This document shows positions 1 through 13,958 of a stretch of 64,000 nt of DNA, piece after piece. Source of the stretch: Octopus sinensis (lineage: Eukaryota); assembly GCF_006345805.1 (NCBI RefSeq), contig NC_043002.1, positions 24,304,001 to 24,368,000 on the forward strand. The letters run 5' to 3'. The first letter of the stretch is position 1. Every line of letters begins with the position of its first letter. The position numbers and the translations under genes were made by a program. Below the pieces are notes generated by a model. It was not told the DNA's origin. It did not search any database and was given only the letters and a program-made list of their open reading frames with translations.

Positions 1-1825
1 CTATCCACACAGTTTTCCAGTCTACTTAGTTTTATGCACAAAGCTTACATTGACCCAAAGTTGTGGGGTTAAAGACATTTGCCCTAGATGTTGCACAATG
101 AATTTGAACCCAGAAGCATGTGACTGTAGTGTGAACTTCTTCACCACACAGCCATGGGAACTTTTGTGATTTCAGTGAGGTGAAGAAGAGGAATTGGATT
201 ATTGAAACAATAACAGTAAACTAGTTGAAATCAATTTAATCAAAATATGTTCTCCATTGTTCACAGTTGAGCAAAACTGGTATTTCTGTTACATAGGAGA
301 AAAACAATTATCATATTAAGTAGAAGGCTGGGGTTATTTTTTTTAACCCATTGTTTGCTTTCTTTGTATTGTTTTTCTGTCTGTCTGTCTGTCTCTCTTT
401 CTCACACACACAAACGCACACACACATGCATTGTGTGTGGGTGTGTGTATGTTAGCAGGTCAAGCAACAATATTTTTTCTCTTTATAATTATAATTATAT
501 TCTTGGTATACACAGAGACAAAAATAGATATTCTATATGAATCTTTTTTTTTTTCTCATTTTGCTTCAAGATTTTACATTCTTAAACCTAGGATGCTTTC
601 AAAGCAAAATAAAGAAAGAGGAAGAGTAGAGAGTAGAAATGTTTTATTTGTACTTTCTACCTTTCAACTTGCTGAAATTTAAATCTGAATGAATAAGTTT
701 AAAATTTCCTTATTTTTGAATTTCAATTAAGGTTCACATTATAAGTTCAAACTTCTCATATTTAGCTCATGTTTTATGAATCTGACAAAAAAGGAAAAAA
801 GAAGGGACCCCCAAAATTTTTATTTTGGTAGAGAGTAATTAGTCTCTAGTAACAGATACAGAAGACCATGTTGTTGTTGAATCCCAGGTCAACCCTGATT
901 CAGAAGACTTTTGATCAAAGGCATTTCAGCCATGACCAGCTTATTTCTTTATTTGATTTTATTTTCATTTATTTCAGTGAATCTATTGTTCAATATATTT
1001 TTTATGATTTCAGCAGTCATGAGAATAGAACTGCACTTATACCTCCTTTTTGTGCTACTAGTTATTCCTCTTCTTGGAACAATTTAACTTGTTACCCATC
1101 CCATATTCTCAACATCATCTTTTACCATTGTATTATCCTTGAACACCATTTCATATCTGCCATCAATGTCCCCTCCACCTTTTTTTGTCACTCACTATAT
1201 ACCACCCCTGCAGACTTCTGACCTTCATCTCTATCATTGTGCATCTTTTCTCCCCACCTGCTTCATATCATCTTTGTATTTCTCATCTATCTAAGTTTTT
1301 TTTTTCCATACTGCTGCTCTCTATCATGCACTTTTTATGCATTGATTCCTATCACCATCTCCTCCCTGACCCACTCATATTTCCTTTTTCTTTCAACCAA
1401 ACTGAGATTCACTACCGGCCATGCCTCCACTCATGTTCACCATTCACTGCATTCGTCTCTATCCTCATCTCTATTGTCAGTCACTCTCCTTTCACACATT
1501 TGCACACCAACCCTCCCAGCCATCAATTCTCTGTCCCTATTACCTTTTTATCCATCCTTTTGTTTCTTGCAGGTACATCTTCACACTTCATCTCTACTAT
1601 CCTTTCTCCCTTTTCTGCTAGGGTAGCCATGTACCTCCTCTACAGTAAAACCCTTGTTCCTGTCCCTCTATCATATTTTAACCTCTCAACTCCTGGCACA
1701 AAGCCACTGCTCTCAGTATTGCATCTCCAACAATGCAGAACAATTTCACTGACATTTTTGATATTAATGTTGGTGCCAGGAATTTGACAGAAGTTTCAAG
1801 CATTATTGGAGTTTATATTTTAGAC

Positions 1826-1991
1826 CAGGGGTCTCCAAAGTGGTTGATATCAACCCCCCACTGTTCAAGGGGTCGATAAATGCACATCTACTTAATCATT
1901 ATTATTTATTTTCTTGTACATACCTGGGGGTTGATGAGGGGTCAAGGATTCCATGAAGGGGTCGATGGTCTAAAAAGTTTGGGGACCCCTG
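1826..1991. mobile_element. hAT-superfamily MITE
   Basis: TIRs CAGGGGTCTCCAAA / TTTGGGGACCCCTG and exact 8-bp TSD TTTTAGAC (1818-1825, 1992-1999). Confidence 0.9.
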
Positions 1992-2871
1992 TTTTAGACC
2001 CACTACAAAAGAAATTCAGTTCACATAATAGGAAAATTTACTGAGATGAGAGTTTTCTAACTCCCAGAGAAAAATGGCCAATGTGTAGATAGATTTTGAA
2101 AAGAATTAGCAAAATTATTTAAAGACTTGAACTTAAAGATCATAATAAGCATTAACTGAAGAATTGTTCATTTTTGGGTTTGATTCTCAACCTAAATAAT
2201 AGTAGATTCCTACTGTATATGAAATCCAATATACCATAGAATATAATAAAAATTTAAACCATTTATATATTGTAATGTGTGATTACAATCTGTATGGATG
2301 TCTACAGCATTGAATCTGTATAATATTAGTCAGCTGAGATGGCTCGCAGATGTAGGGCATATATCAGGCTTTTGTTTCCCCTGTGAGACTCTCTCCAACT
2401 ATTTACACAATAGGGACCAAGGAAATAGTTCAATGGCTAGCTGAAGACTATTTTGAACTCTTTAAGAATGTAAGATATTGCTTTTTGCCACTTAATTTGA
2501 TGGTCTCTGCTTTGGAGAGGGGATTGAAAAGCAAGAAAAGTGATATGCACACAGTTAGACAACATTGCTTCTTCAGTCAATCACTTGTATGTTCTTTCTG
2601 CAATTGAAGGATTGGGATGTGGTCATCAGTAGACCAAGGCAAATGAATTGTGTGTGTGTGTGTGTGTCTTCCTTTCATCACCTGTGTCTGTCAAGTTTAT
2701 TAGCTGATCAGCATTGCTAAACAACTTGGTCTGCATATACTGTAGCATTTTGGAAAAGTCATCTATACATGTAGCTCTCATACTCTCACTTACACCATCT
2801 CTCATATGTTTACTCTGTCAGATTTTCAAATAGGAAACAGGTTTAAATGTTATTTCTTTATTAAACACCCA

Positions 2872-3340
2872 GCACACACACTCACACACACACACACACA
2901 CATCCACACTCACACACATCCACACTCACACACATCCACACTCACACACATCCACACACACACACATCCACACACACACATCCACACACACACACATCCA
3001 CACACACACACATCCACACACACACGCATCCTCACACACACACATCCACACACACACGCATCCTCACACACACACATCCTCACACACACATCCTCACACA
3101 CACACACACACTCACACACACACACATCCACACTCACACACATCCACACTCACACACATCCACACATCCACACTCACACACATCCACACTCACACGCATC
3201 AACATATCCACACACACACACGTCCACACACACATCCACACACATCCACACACACACACATCCACACACACATCCACACACATCCACACACACACACATC
3301 CACACACACATCCACACACACATCCACACCCCCACACACA
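2872..3340. repeat. Compound (CA)n/CACATC microsatellite
   Basis: Directly visible; source of the spurious His/Thr and Cys/Val ORFs. Confidence 0.95.
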
Positions 3341-3753
3341 CTGTCTTGACTATTCTTTTGTTAGTAAAAGTAGGAAAGCATTTTCTTGCTGAATGTGTCA
3401 TCTGTTCAAGCTGAAAACTTTCTAGTATGTCTTTATTGTTTGGCCAGATATTTTTCGGGAGTTTCTTGTTGGGTTAACTTATCTAGAACAGATTCTATTA
3501 TTATTTATCATCATCATTGTTATTTGTGATTAAAAATGTACAGAAACCTCTAAAAACAGCTCTGTGAAAAGTTGGATTTTACTATGATTTATTAAATGAA
3601 GGATTTTTTTTCTGTTTTGCTGCAATGTAAACAAGACTTTATTCAAAATGGCTTCCTGGCTCTAGAAACAAAGTAGAAGGTGATAGATACATCCTTTAAG
3701 AATCTTTGATAGAAATTTTGAAAACAATAACACCCTTCCGTCTCACCCATCCT

Positions 3754-3799
<46 letters not shown>

Positions 3800-4365
3800 A
3801 TTCTTTTTCTCTTATTACTCCCCTTGCCACTGTCCCTTCTGTTATCTCTCTCCTCTACAACCCTCGGACAACAATAAACCAGTTCTTGCCATTACATTTT
3901 AACACCTCTGTTGCAACTCAGCTTATGTCACCACAGTCTTTTCCATTCTTCCTCTCAGAGTAGTGAGGACTGTTTAGTCTTGCTAGTTACATAGTGATCT
4001 CACTAGTATTGGTGCCATGAAAAAACATCCAGTACACTCTGCAAAGTGGTCGACAAATCAAGCAGAGACAACATATGGTTGAAGGGATTCTTTCTTCTCA
4101 CTGAGAGTGTGACAGTCTTTCAACTATTGGTGCAATGAAAAAATGCATCTTTTACATTCTGTAAAAAGGATGGTGTAAGGAAGGGCAGCCAACTGTAGAA
4201 ACCTTGCCAAAACTTAGATGACTGAGTGAAACTTGGTTCTCTGATTTATTTAGGAGGGCAATAACTTTGAATAAGAACTGGCTTGGACCATAATGTACTG
4301 TCCAACTCATGCCAGCATGGAGAGGTGTAAAAGGGTGGTCATAGTGGCAGTGGTATTGTCACCAC

Positions 4366-4601
4366 TTGAAGGCAGCGGGCTGGCAGAAACGTTAGCATGT
4401 CGGGCGAAATGCTTAGTGGTATTTCGTCTGCAGTTATGTCATGAGTTCAAATTCCGCTGAGGTTGACTTTGCTTTTCATCCTTTCGGGGTCGATAAATTA
4501 AGTACCAGTTATGCACTGGGGTCGATGTAATCGACTTAATACCTATGTCTGTCTTTGTTTGTCCCCTCTATGTTTAGCCCCTTGTGGGTAATAAAGAAAT
4601 A
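4366..4601 (+). mobile_element. tRNA-derived SINE, full length, Meta-domain-like core
   Basis: Head GGCAGCGGGCTGGCAGAA, B-box GAGTTCAAATTCC, core TTTCATCCTTTCGGGGTCGATAAATTAAGTACC; 14-bp TSD GGTATTGTCACCAC (4352-4365, 4602-4615). Confidence 0.88.
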
Positions 4602-6727
4602 GGTATTGTCACCACAAAATTTGAAAAGGGAAAAAATACATATAAAGAAAGAGACACTCTAACAAATGAATAAAATTGATATTTCTAATGACTTTAATAG
4701 CAATAACTGCAGTTTTGCTAGCTTTGCTAGTCAGTTCCCAACAAGAAGAGAACACAGGAGAGACATGTTACAAAGGACATAGCCTTTGTGCCAGAGGAAT
4801 ACATTTAGGAACTGGCATCCGGGATGTTAGCCCTGCATTGTCAGTCTAAATACTTTTCTTCCTCCACCCATGATAGAGTACATTCAAGGATGACTACATG
4901 TTGCTTCATGTAACATCTACATTCATCTCTTGTCTCTACTGTACTGCAAATGTTATGAACCATGGGTAAATATTACTACCAATGTCCTTGGCTATGACTC
5001 TTTGGTTTTGTCTCCCCATATATTGTGTCATTAGTGTGTGGGCAGGTATGTGGACACACCAATTCCACATGTTACCTTGGATCTTCCTTGGTCTTTAAAA
5101 GACCAGGGACTCACTTCCATATACTCCACCCTGGTTGATGGAACACACTTTTGCCAGAGTTCCTTTTAGTTGCTCTTTTGTGGGCATTGGTAAGCACTAT
5201 ATATTTTTGGTAATTAGACAGGCCATGCAAGGCAGAAATCCCACTTGTTATACATGTGATTCTCAGAGCCTGTTGGGGGATTTCTCCTTGAGAAGCTGAA
5301 GAAGCAGAGAAAGGAGGAAAGCAGCAAACTACAGTAGTGGCAAGAATATAACAGCAGGTCCCAGAAACTACTGTTTCCAAACTACCATCAGGAAAAAAAA
5401 TCTATTCTGTGCTCATCACTAGGATATTGTATCAAAAAGCCTGCCTCAATAGGCTCAAGGCTTGAAATGATGGGCATATATGAAAGTTGGAGAAGAATAA
5501 CAAGCTGTCAGAGACAACCACAAAAGAAAGAAGACCCAGAAAAGGAAGGATAAGCCCAGGCTGAAGACATAAGATTCAAAAAGTGGATCATGAGATTCAC
5601 AGTTCTTTAAATAATAACAATAATAATAATAATAATAATAATAAAAACTGTTTATTAGAGCATCAGGCAAAATGTTTGTGGTATTTCCTCTTGTCTTTAT
5701 GTTCTGGGTTCAGATCTCACCAAGATCTACTTTACCTTTTGTCCTTCCAGGTTTGTAAAATAAAGTATCACTCATGTCTTGAGTCATTTTAATCAATTAA
5801 CCTCCTATTCCTAAATTTCTGGTCTTGTACCTAATTTAGAAACAATTAGTACTATTTTTAAGGTCTGGTGGATTGGCAGAGCTGTTAGAACAGGACAAAA
5901 TACCTGTAGTCTTTAGTTATGTATCTTATGTTCTGAGTTTAAATTTCATCCAAATCAACTTGCCTTTTATCCTTATGGAGTAGACAAAAGGAATTACCAG
6001 TCAAGTAATGGGGTTAATTCAATCGACTAACCCCATCAAATTTGTGGCCTTATACCTATGTTAGAAATAATTATTATGTTTATTATTAAGTGTTTTCAAT
6101 AGTTGCATGTTAGTTTTTAGCCACATGACCATGTACACCTATATGATCTTGTGGTGTTTATAATATTGTCTTTTGGAAAGAAAAGAAAAATGTTTGTTTA
6201 TCTGTGCTGTGTGCTCTGCCACTCAGGATTATTTTTTCAGACTGTAATAAAGTTGTAAACTCTGGTATGGTTTTTATAGATTTTATTTATGTCCTTATGT
6301 ATTATACCCAGTGTAAATCTCAAGAGTTCATTGGCCTAAAGTTTTCCAGAGTTTTTTATGACATTTAGTGGATGAATAACAACTGTCTCATTTGGATATG
6401 ATGTTAGTGTCACAACATACTTATTCATGTCTGGTATGTTATCTCAGTTGCTTGGTAAATTGAGGTAATAAATTGTCACATTAAAATACCCAATTTAGAT
6501 TTATGAACATCTCTACCCTCTCCATTGACAATACCACTTAGTCCATCAAAATATCTGATTGTCGCTGTCTATTATGAACTGACCATGATTTCACTTCTAT
6601 GTAACCCATTTCTACTACAGCTACAGTTCATGAATTTAAGTTATATAGAAGACTGGAGCATACAACAGCTGTAATGTGAAAGCAGCAATCAAAGTGTGAC
6701 ACCAGTCTGACTAATATAAACAATGTA

Positions 6728-7454
6728 TAGTAATCCCTCAACTATCGCTGGTACTACGTCCCAAACCCACCTCCCACACACAATAGGTAAAAATCCGCAA
6801 AGTAGAAACAGTACTGCGTATTCTTTATTATTTTTTTTTTATAATTTGTATATATATATTTTATTATAAATGCAAAACAACACCTCACATTCGCCTCCTG
6901 AGTTTCATTTGCCATACAGTATGTGTGATTCATTGTTTACTCATCTACAATACATTACGTATTTTCTTTTGATATACACAAATCCCTCGCCATATCGTGG
7001 TTAACCTATCACTCACTCAGTACATCGTGGTTCACCTATCGTGCACTCAGTATATCACGGATTTTTCTGGATAATATATGTAAATTTATATTATGGACTC
7101 CTCAGTATATCCGGGTTTCTGTGGCCGATAGTTTTTTAGATTTTTATTATTTGTGTGAAAGGTTTTGGAATGTAACACTCGTGATAGTCAAGGGATTACT
7201 GTATTTTAATTAATGTGTTATACAGTGCAGTACTTTACTGTATGTTTATTTATTAATTTATTAATTTTTAAGCATGAAAATGCTTATTTTACCACAGAAA
7301 TAATTAAAATCTAAAAAAGTGTAAATGCCTACCAGCCGCAGAAACTCACAATATACTGAGGAGTCCGTGATATAAATTTCCATATATCAGCCAGAAAAAT
7401 CCGCGATGTACTGAGGGCGCGATAGGTGAACCGTGATATGGCAATTGATTACTG
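6728..7454. mobile_element. pogo/Tigger-like MITE with a nested, inverted related MITE at 6977-7201
   Basis: TIRs (C/T)AGTAATCCCTC...GATTACTG with TA flanks; aligns by eye with the uninterrupted copy at 41560-42040. Confidence 0.8.
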
Positions 7455-8987
7455 TACATAATATAAATTTCTCATCTCAGAAGTATAGAAATTTAAGATA
7501 GTTTATAAATTTAGATAACTTTGAATGACATGTAGGCATGATGAAGGGCTTTGCTTGAACCACCCACAGCATATAAACTCAATTTAAGAGTGTCACTAAA
7601 TAATTTTTGTTCTTGCAGATCATCATTAGTTTCTTTCAACTTCAGATTTTATTTATTGTTGAGAAAATCGACTACCCATATTGATTGAGGGGAATAAGCT
7701 GTGAGCTTGTGAACTGACTTAATTATTTGCTCAGCTGCACATCTGTTTCATTTCAATCATAGTTGATGTCTATGGTCACTAGTCTGAAGTTGCTTCAACT
7801 ACCCTGAATAGCTACAAATTACCATTGCAGTTTCACTGTGGGTTCTGTTTTACAAATCACACCTGTTGGGAATTTTTTTGTTGTCATTACTGTTATATGT
7901 TGTCAATATGTGAATAAGTGTTAGTCTTTCTGCCTGTGTCTCTCTTACACACACATCCTCTGCTATATATATTAGATATCACTACATATAACTATTATTG
8001 TAAATCCTGTAATCAGCAAGTTAACCCTTCTACTGACTACTGCTACTAATAGTAACAGATACTAAATATAACTATTCTCACTGTAATAATTGGTTGACAT
8101 GGTTGATACCTCTCACTTGTCATGTCTTCTTCATATTCTGGTAGAGTAAGAACATCACCAAAAAATATTTTTCATCTTATGAAGCTTACTAACAGCTATT
8201 ATTGCTAGAAATGTTGCAGAAGCTAATCCAAAGAGCCAAACTTTGAAAGATCCAGTCCAGTTAAAAAATGGACTTATATCAATTGATTGTTTAGCAGCAC
8301 AAGAAGGACAGTGGACTGGAAGTCATGATAGTATTGATTTAAATGCTTTGTAGTTCTTTTATATTCTGAGTTCAAAATCTTTTATTCTGCCAGGCTAAAC
8401 TAAGTATTGGTTATGTACTAAGTTTGACTCAACCATATACATTCTTTCCTTAAAATATGTGACATTTTCTGCTGAGTTAGAAATCTATTTTAACTAGACA
8501 AATAGTTTATATAGCATCTCTCTTATTGGCCTCTATATCAGCATCTTTGTATCTCTATTCAATCTTCTAGAAAGAGCAGCCAAGTCACCCCCAAACCTCT
8601 CTGTCGTCTTAGAAAAAACCTATCCATTGGATAATTAGTCCACAGTATGCTACATCTGGCAAAAAAATGGCAGAATGGCTATGACTGGAATGTTCTTGAT
8701 CATAGGTCTACTTTATTAAGACTGCTTGAGATTAAACAACACAGCATAGATAAGTAAATTGAATACAATTATTTTCTTTAATTCTTGTATTGATTGGATA
8801 AGTCTACACAGCAGTTGTTTAATGCTATTTTATTAAATAAGTATTGTTTTGGTGCTGTTGTTTGCCATACAGGTAGCTATCACATTCACACAAGCATATA
8901 GTGTTTTATTCTTGAGAGTTTAGGATTTGGAGCTGGACAAAGTCTAAAGGTGATTTATTTTCACAATCCAACAAGAAACCCTACAGA

Positions 8988-9029
8988 ATGCGCCAACACT
9001 ATCCTGAAACCCATTATAAACTAAATAAG
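8988..9029 (+). CDS. RNF121: RNF121 putative first coding exon (MRQHYPETHYKLNK); the exon may begin at 8873 as 5' UTR
   Basis: ATG at 8988, 14 codons, phase-0 donor AAG|GTATGT at 9030 matching the phase-0 start of the next exon; upstream acceptor TTTGCCATACAG ends at 8872. The peptide is not recognisably conserved, so the call is tentative. Confidence 0.55.
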
Positions 9030-10040
9030 GTATGTAATATGGTTTGGTTTTACAAACAGGGATTAAAAAGATCTTTAACAAAAAGCTTCTCAAAATAATA
9101 AATAACTAATTTCATTGCTTTTGGTTGGTGGAGGATACTTATTTTGACTGTAAGTTTCTGTTAATCTAAGTTAGAAACTTGGATACAATTCCAAGTTGAG
9201 GAAATTTGGTCTGCTTTACTGGTATTATTGGGAAAGTCACACATCTATCTCACTATTTCCTACTTTTTTCACCTACAAGTTTAAGGGCTCATCACAAAAG
9301 AAACTTACTAGTCATAGTTAATGCAAGGCTGTAGATTGGCAAGGTTGGTAGAATAGTGGACAAAATGTTTCTCATATTGTTATATTGTTTCTACACACAT
9401 TGAGTTCAGCTGCCAACTAAATCAGCTTTTTCTTTTATCATTCTGGGGTTGATAAAATACGTACCAGTCATGTATTGAGGCTAATACAATTGATTGTATC
9501 TCTCCCTCAAGATATGTGGTCTTGTGCCAATGTTAAAATTTTTTTATTTATGGTGACTGGTGGTGTTTAGTGAACCACTAGTGTATTTCTTTTCATAATC
9601 TTAAGTTGATTTTTAATCCTTATTAGAATTTGAAAGTAAAACAGTGGAATCTGAGGCAACTAGTGATTGTGTGCATTGTCATACAGTAAGTACAAAAAGT
9701 TCACAAAGTGAAAAATAGTCAGTTTTGCAAAGATGACTAAATGAAAACCAAATTGCACATTAAAATACTTTGTGTGCATAAGACCATCATAGTAAACAAT
9801 ATTGAAATAAAGTCCAGTAATTGTTAATTGTGAAATTTAGCTTGACCAGCCTAATGTGTCACCACAAATATTCCAAAGTTTGCTTAGCAGCATACTGTTT
9901 GTTTATACATTCTGAGTTCAAATTCTGCTGAGTTTGACTTTGCCTTTCATCCTTTCAGTGTCAATAAAATAAGTACAAGTTAAGCACTAGGGTCAATATA
10001 ATTGACTTACCCCTCCCACCTTGTGCTTTCAGCAGAAAGG

Positions 10041-10079
<39 letters not shown>

Positions 10080-11483
10080 TTGTCACATAGACAAAATGTA
10101 GCTACTCCCAAATTTATGTCATTCTTTGTACTAAGTTTGATTCTGGGTGAAAGAGTTTTGTGTCAATCTTGGATTTTATCAGAGTAGAGCAAGGATGCTT
10201 ATGAAATGAGAAAGACTTAGCTATGTAGAATGGTTGCATGTGGCTATTATATATCATTATCTATAGCTATGGTCTGTAAATAATCAAGTAACATGAATTT
10301 ACTGTTAAATTGTTGTTCAATCCCAGGACAATTCTGACTGAATGGATTAATGATCAGAGGTGTTCCAACTGTGACCATTTCATCTTTTTGTATATTTAGA
10401 AGTACACTGCTCAATATATCTGTCTTTATTTATTACAATAGTTAACTGTGGTATGAGAGTCATTTGGCTGTTATTTCTATCAGGTTATGCAACTATTGTT
10501 AGCTCAACCATTGCACTATGTTACAAGTATTTGTGGACAATGAAATAATTTATTTCTAAGTTTGGTATATGTTTGCTACATGGAGTTAATCCTTGCTTTA
10601 TTGGTGCTTTGCATTTTGCTGTTTTAGGCATCTTAATTTTTAGTCATCACAAAGTTTGTTATTACTATTTGCTTTCATTGCAATGGCAATGTTCTTTCTC
10701 TCTGTCTCTGTTTAGCAATCACTTTCTCACAAACATATTTCTATATAATGTCACCAACATTGCACTGCTTATAATAATTTTAACATTTTTCTTTCCTTGT
10801 TCCTTACAGTATTGTACTCTATGTCACTCTGTTATACTCTGCTGTTCACTATTATACTGTTTACTGTACTCTAGTTTAACTACTGTTAACTACTCTATTC
10901 TACTCTACTGAACTCTGCTATTTTATACTTGACTGTATTGTATTGTTCCATATGTGACTGTATTTTGTGCTACAGACTATATTTACATACAGTCCTCAAG
11001 ATTTGTATTTTTGACTTTTGAATTCCTTGAACTTTAAGAAGTAAGAAATTTTGAACTGGCAACACTTGTATACATGTGCAGAAGTAATATTTCAATCTAC
11101 ATACATAGAAGAGAGAGCAGAATTGAACATATGAATTTTGAGTATGGCTCGTATTGCTTTTAGCAAACACTGTAATATACTGATGTAAACAGTTTGTCTC
11201 TATATGTTCATAGCTTTGTGTACAAAAAAAGATGAATTGGGCAGAGTAGTTGGGATTTCATCAGTGACTGAGTAACCTCTTAACTGTAAACAGAGATATT
11301 GGTTATAAACTTGCATGAACTTAAATACATTAGCTAGACTGTTTTGAATATTATAGAGCATTCTAGGCAGCTAGTTTGATTCATAAATTACTAGCATGTT
11401 AGCAGTGTTTACTTTCTGTTGATCAAGATATTAATGGAGAATGTTTATATCTGTTGCTGTCTGTCTCTCTTTATATATATATA

Positions 11484-12660
11484 TCATCATCATCATCATC
11501 GTTTAACATCTGCTTTCCATGCTAGCATGGGTTGGACGATTTGACTGAGGTTTGGTGAACCATATGGCTGCACCAATCTGATCTGGCAGAGTTTCTACAG
11601 CTGGATACCCTTCCTAATGCCAACCACTCTGAGAGTGTAGTGGGTGCTTTTACTTGCCACCAGCACAAGGGCCAGTCAAGCGGTACTGGCAGCGGCCACA
11701 CTCAAATGGTGTTTTTATGTGCCACCTGCACAGGAGCCAGTCCAGCGGCACTGGCAATGACCTCGCTCGAATGTTTTTTCACATGCCACCAGCACAAGTG
11801 CCAGTAAGGCGACGCAGATAATGATTATGCTCGAATGGTGCTTTTTATGTGCCATCGGCACAGAGGCCAGCTTGTTGCTCTGGCAACGATTACGCTCATA
11901 TGGTACTGTTAGCGCTCAACTAGCATGGATGCTAGTCATTGAATTTGATTTCGATTTCACTTGCATCAACAGGTCTTAGCAAGCAGAATTTAGTGTCCAT
12001 TGAAGGAAAGGTACGCATAAGTGGGCTGGTTACACCCCTGGCATAAGCCACAAGGCTATGGTCTCACTTGAGCTTGCTGAGTCTTCTCAAGCACAGCATA
12101 TTTCCAAAGGTCCCAGTCACTAGTTATTGCTTCGGTGAGGCCCAATGTTCGAAGGTCATGCTTCATCACTTCATCCCAGGTCTTCCTGGGCCTACCTCTT
12201 CCACAGGTTCCCTCAACCACTAGGATGTGGCACTTTTACACACAGCTATCCACATCCATTCTCGCCATATCAGCGCAGTTGTCTCTCTTGCACACCACAT
12301 CTGATGTTTCTTAAGTCCAACTTTTTTCTCAAGGTACTAGCACTTTGTCGAGTATGCACACTGATATTACACATCCATCGGAGCATACTGGCATTCCTTG
12401 CGAGCTTACGCATGTCCTCAGCAGTCATGGCCCATGTTTCACTGTCATGTAGCATGGCTGTTCACACACATGCGTCATACAGTCTACCTTGTACTCTGAG
12501 CGAGAGGCTGTTTGTCACCAGCAGAGGTAAGAGCTCTCTGAATTTTGCCCAGGCTAATTCTTATTCTAGCAGCTACACTTGCAGCACACCCTCCTCCGCT
12601 ACTGACTTGGTCACCTAGATAACGGAAGCTATCAACTACTTCTAGTTTTCCTCCCTGGAA
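11484..12660 (-). mobile_element. 5'-truncated, degenerate RTE-clade LINE (RT C-terminus, 3' UTR, (GAT)n tail)
   Basis: MLHDSETWAMTAEDMRKL motif; homologous to the copies at 13959 and 38407. Confidence 0.9.
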
Positions 12661-12779
12661 TCACACCACTGCTATTTAGCCCTAGGAAGCATTAACGCTT
12701 CCTGTCGGCATAGACACATTTCCTGTGTCCTTATGTTTACAAGGGAGAGACAAGCACCTCCACCCAGCTAAGCCTGCAT

Positions 12780-12820
12780 CTAGAGACTAGTTTCTGAGTC
12801 TTTGCTTGTCATCAGTCTGG
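12780..12820 (-). ncRNA. Minimal hammerhead ribozyme-like motif (Penelope/retrozyme type)
   Basis: Minus strand CCAGA-CTGATGA-CAAGCAAAGACTCA-GAAAC-TA-GTC-TCTAG; intact core, palindromic ACTAGT stem III, weakened stem II. Confidence 0.65.
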
Positions 12821-13004
12821 AGTAGCATGGCCTGCTAGTTGGAGATGCCTGTCTAGCTTTTGTAAACATATAAGAATTCTAGTGAAATGGGACTGACACA
12901 AATTAAGTTGACAGTATACAACTACTCTATCATACCACTACTGCTTATATCTCTTTGAGATATTTAGAAATGTAATATTTCTATATTTATATATGTATTT
13001 TTTG

Positions 13005-13800
13005 AGTTGTTGAGTAACTGCCTCAACACCCACTCATAATGTTGTAAGATCTGGGTCAGGCAGCTCCTACCTGGTTGAAAACCATGCTGGGTATCACTCA
13101 GCAAGTTATTTTCTTCAAGGAATGCGATTAGTTCCCCTCTGATTATCTGTTCCATGACTTTGCTGATGTGTGAAGTCAGAGAGATAGGACTATAGTTTTT
13201 GACATCTGCTCTGCTTCTCCCTTTATGGATTGGGTATATTATTCCCTCCTTCAGCTTGCTTGGCAGCTTGCCATTTGCAAGAAAGCTCTGGTAGAGAATC
13301 TGGAGGGGTTTTGCCAGGGCATGCTTACACGATTTGAGGAGGATTGCTGGGAAATCATCAGGACTAGCAGTTGAGTTTGTGTCTACTTCATATATGGCTA
13401 GTAGTATATCTTCTTTGCTAATGTCAATGTATTCCATTGTAATTGCTTCACTGGTTATAGGTGAAGCAGCAAAGAAGTCCACTGGTTCGTTCACTTGTCT
13501 GTGTTCCAATGGGGTTGTAAAGACACTTTTGAACTGGTCATTTAGTATCTCACTGATCTTAGTTGGACTGTCTGTGAGGGAGCCATCCTTTTGGAAGAGG
13601 GGTCCTATCTTGCAGTGTACTGAGGCTGTTTCTTTCGCGTGATGAAAGAAGGCCTTTGGGTTTGACTTAATGTTTTTTATAACCCATGCTTCTTTGTCTG
13701 CTTTCTCCCTCATAGGATTATTGCAGCCTTTTTTGGATCTCCATTAGTGTTGTTTTTAGGCAGGACCTTTCGCTACTTTTGGGATGTTGGTTGAGTCAAT
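13005..13800 (-). mobile_element. CR1/Jockey-group LINE reverse transcriptase fragment
   Basis: ORF 12964-13713 with IKSNPKAFF, NYSPISLTSHISKVME and QHGFQPGRSCLTQ motifs; truncated at both ends. Confidence 0.88.
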
Positions 13801-13958
13801 TTGCTTTACTCTAAGTTGAAAAAGTCTTAACTGAAACTGGTACTAAAATGTTCCTCGTGATAAAATTATTTTAGCATTTTCTACCTTGTCCTATTTTCTT
13901 TATACATATCAACTTGTGTATTACTTTTTAACCTTCTACATACATATATATATATATA

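Noticed and set aside
868-1787. Overlapping 117-200 aa ORFs
   Set aside because: Pyrimidine-rich low-complexity DNA that lacks stops by composition; no recognisable domain.
2806-3414. 202-aa His/Thr-rich ORF and antisense Cys/Val ORFs (likewise at about 20000-20400, 36340-36720, 37250-37690)
   Set aside because: Translations of (CA)n/(TA)n microsatellites with no splice or domain evidence.
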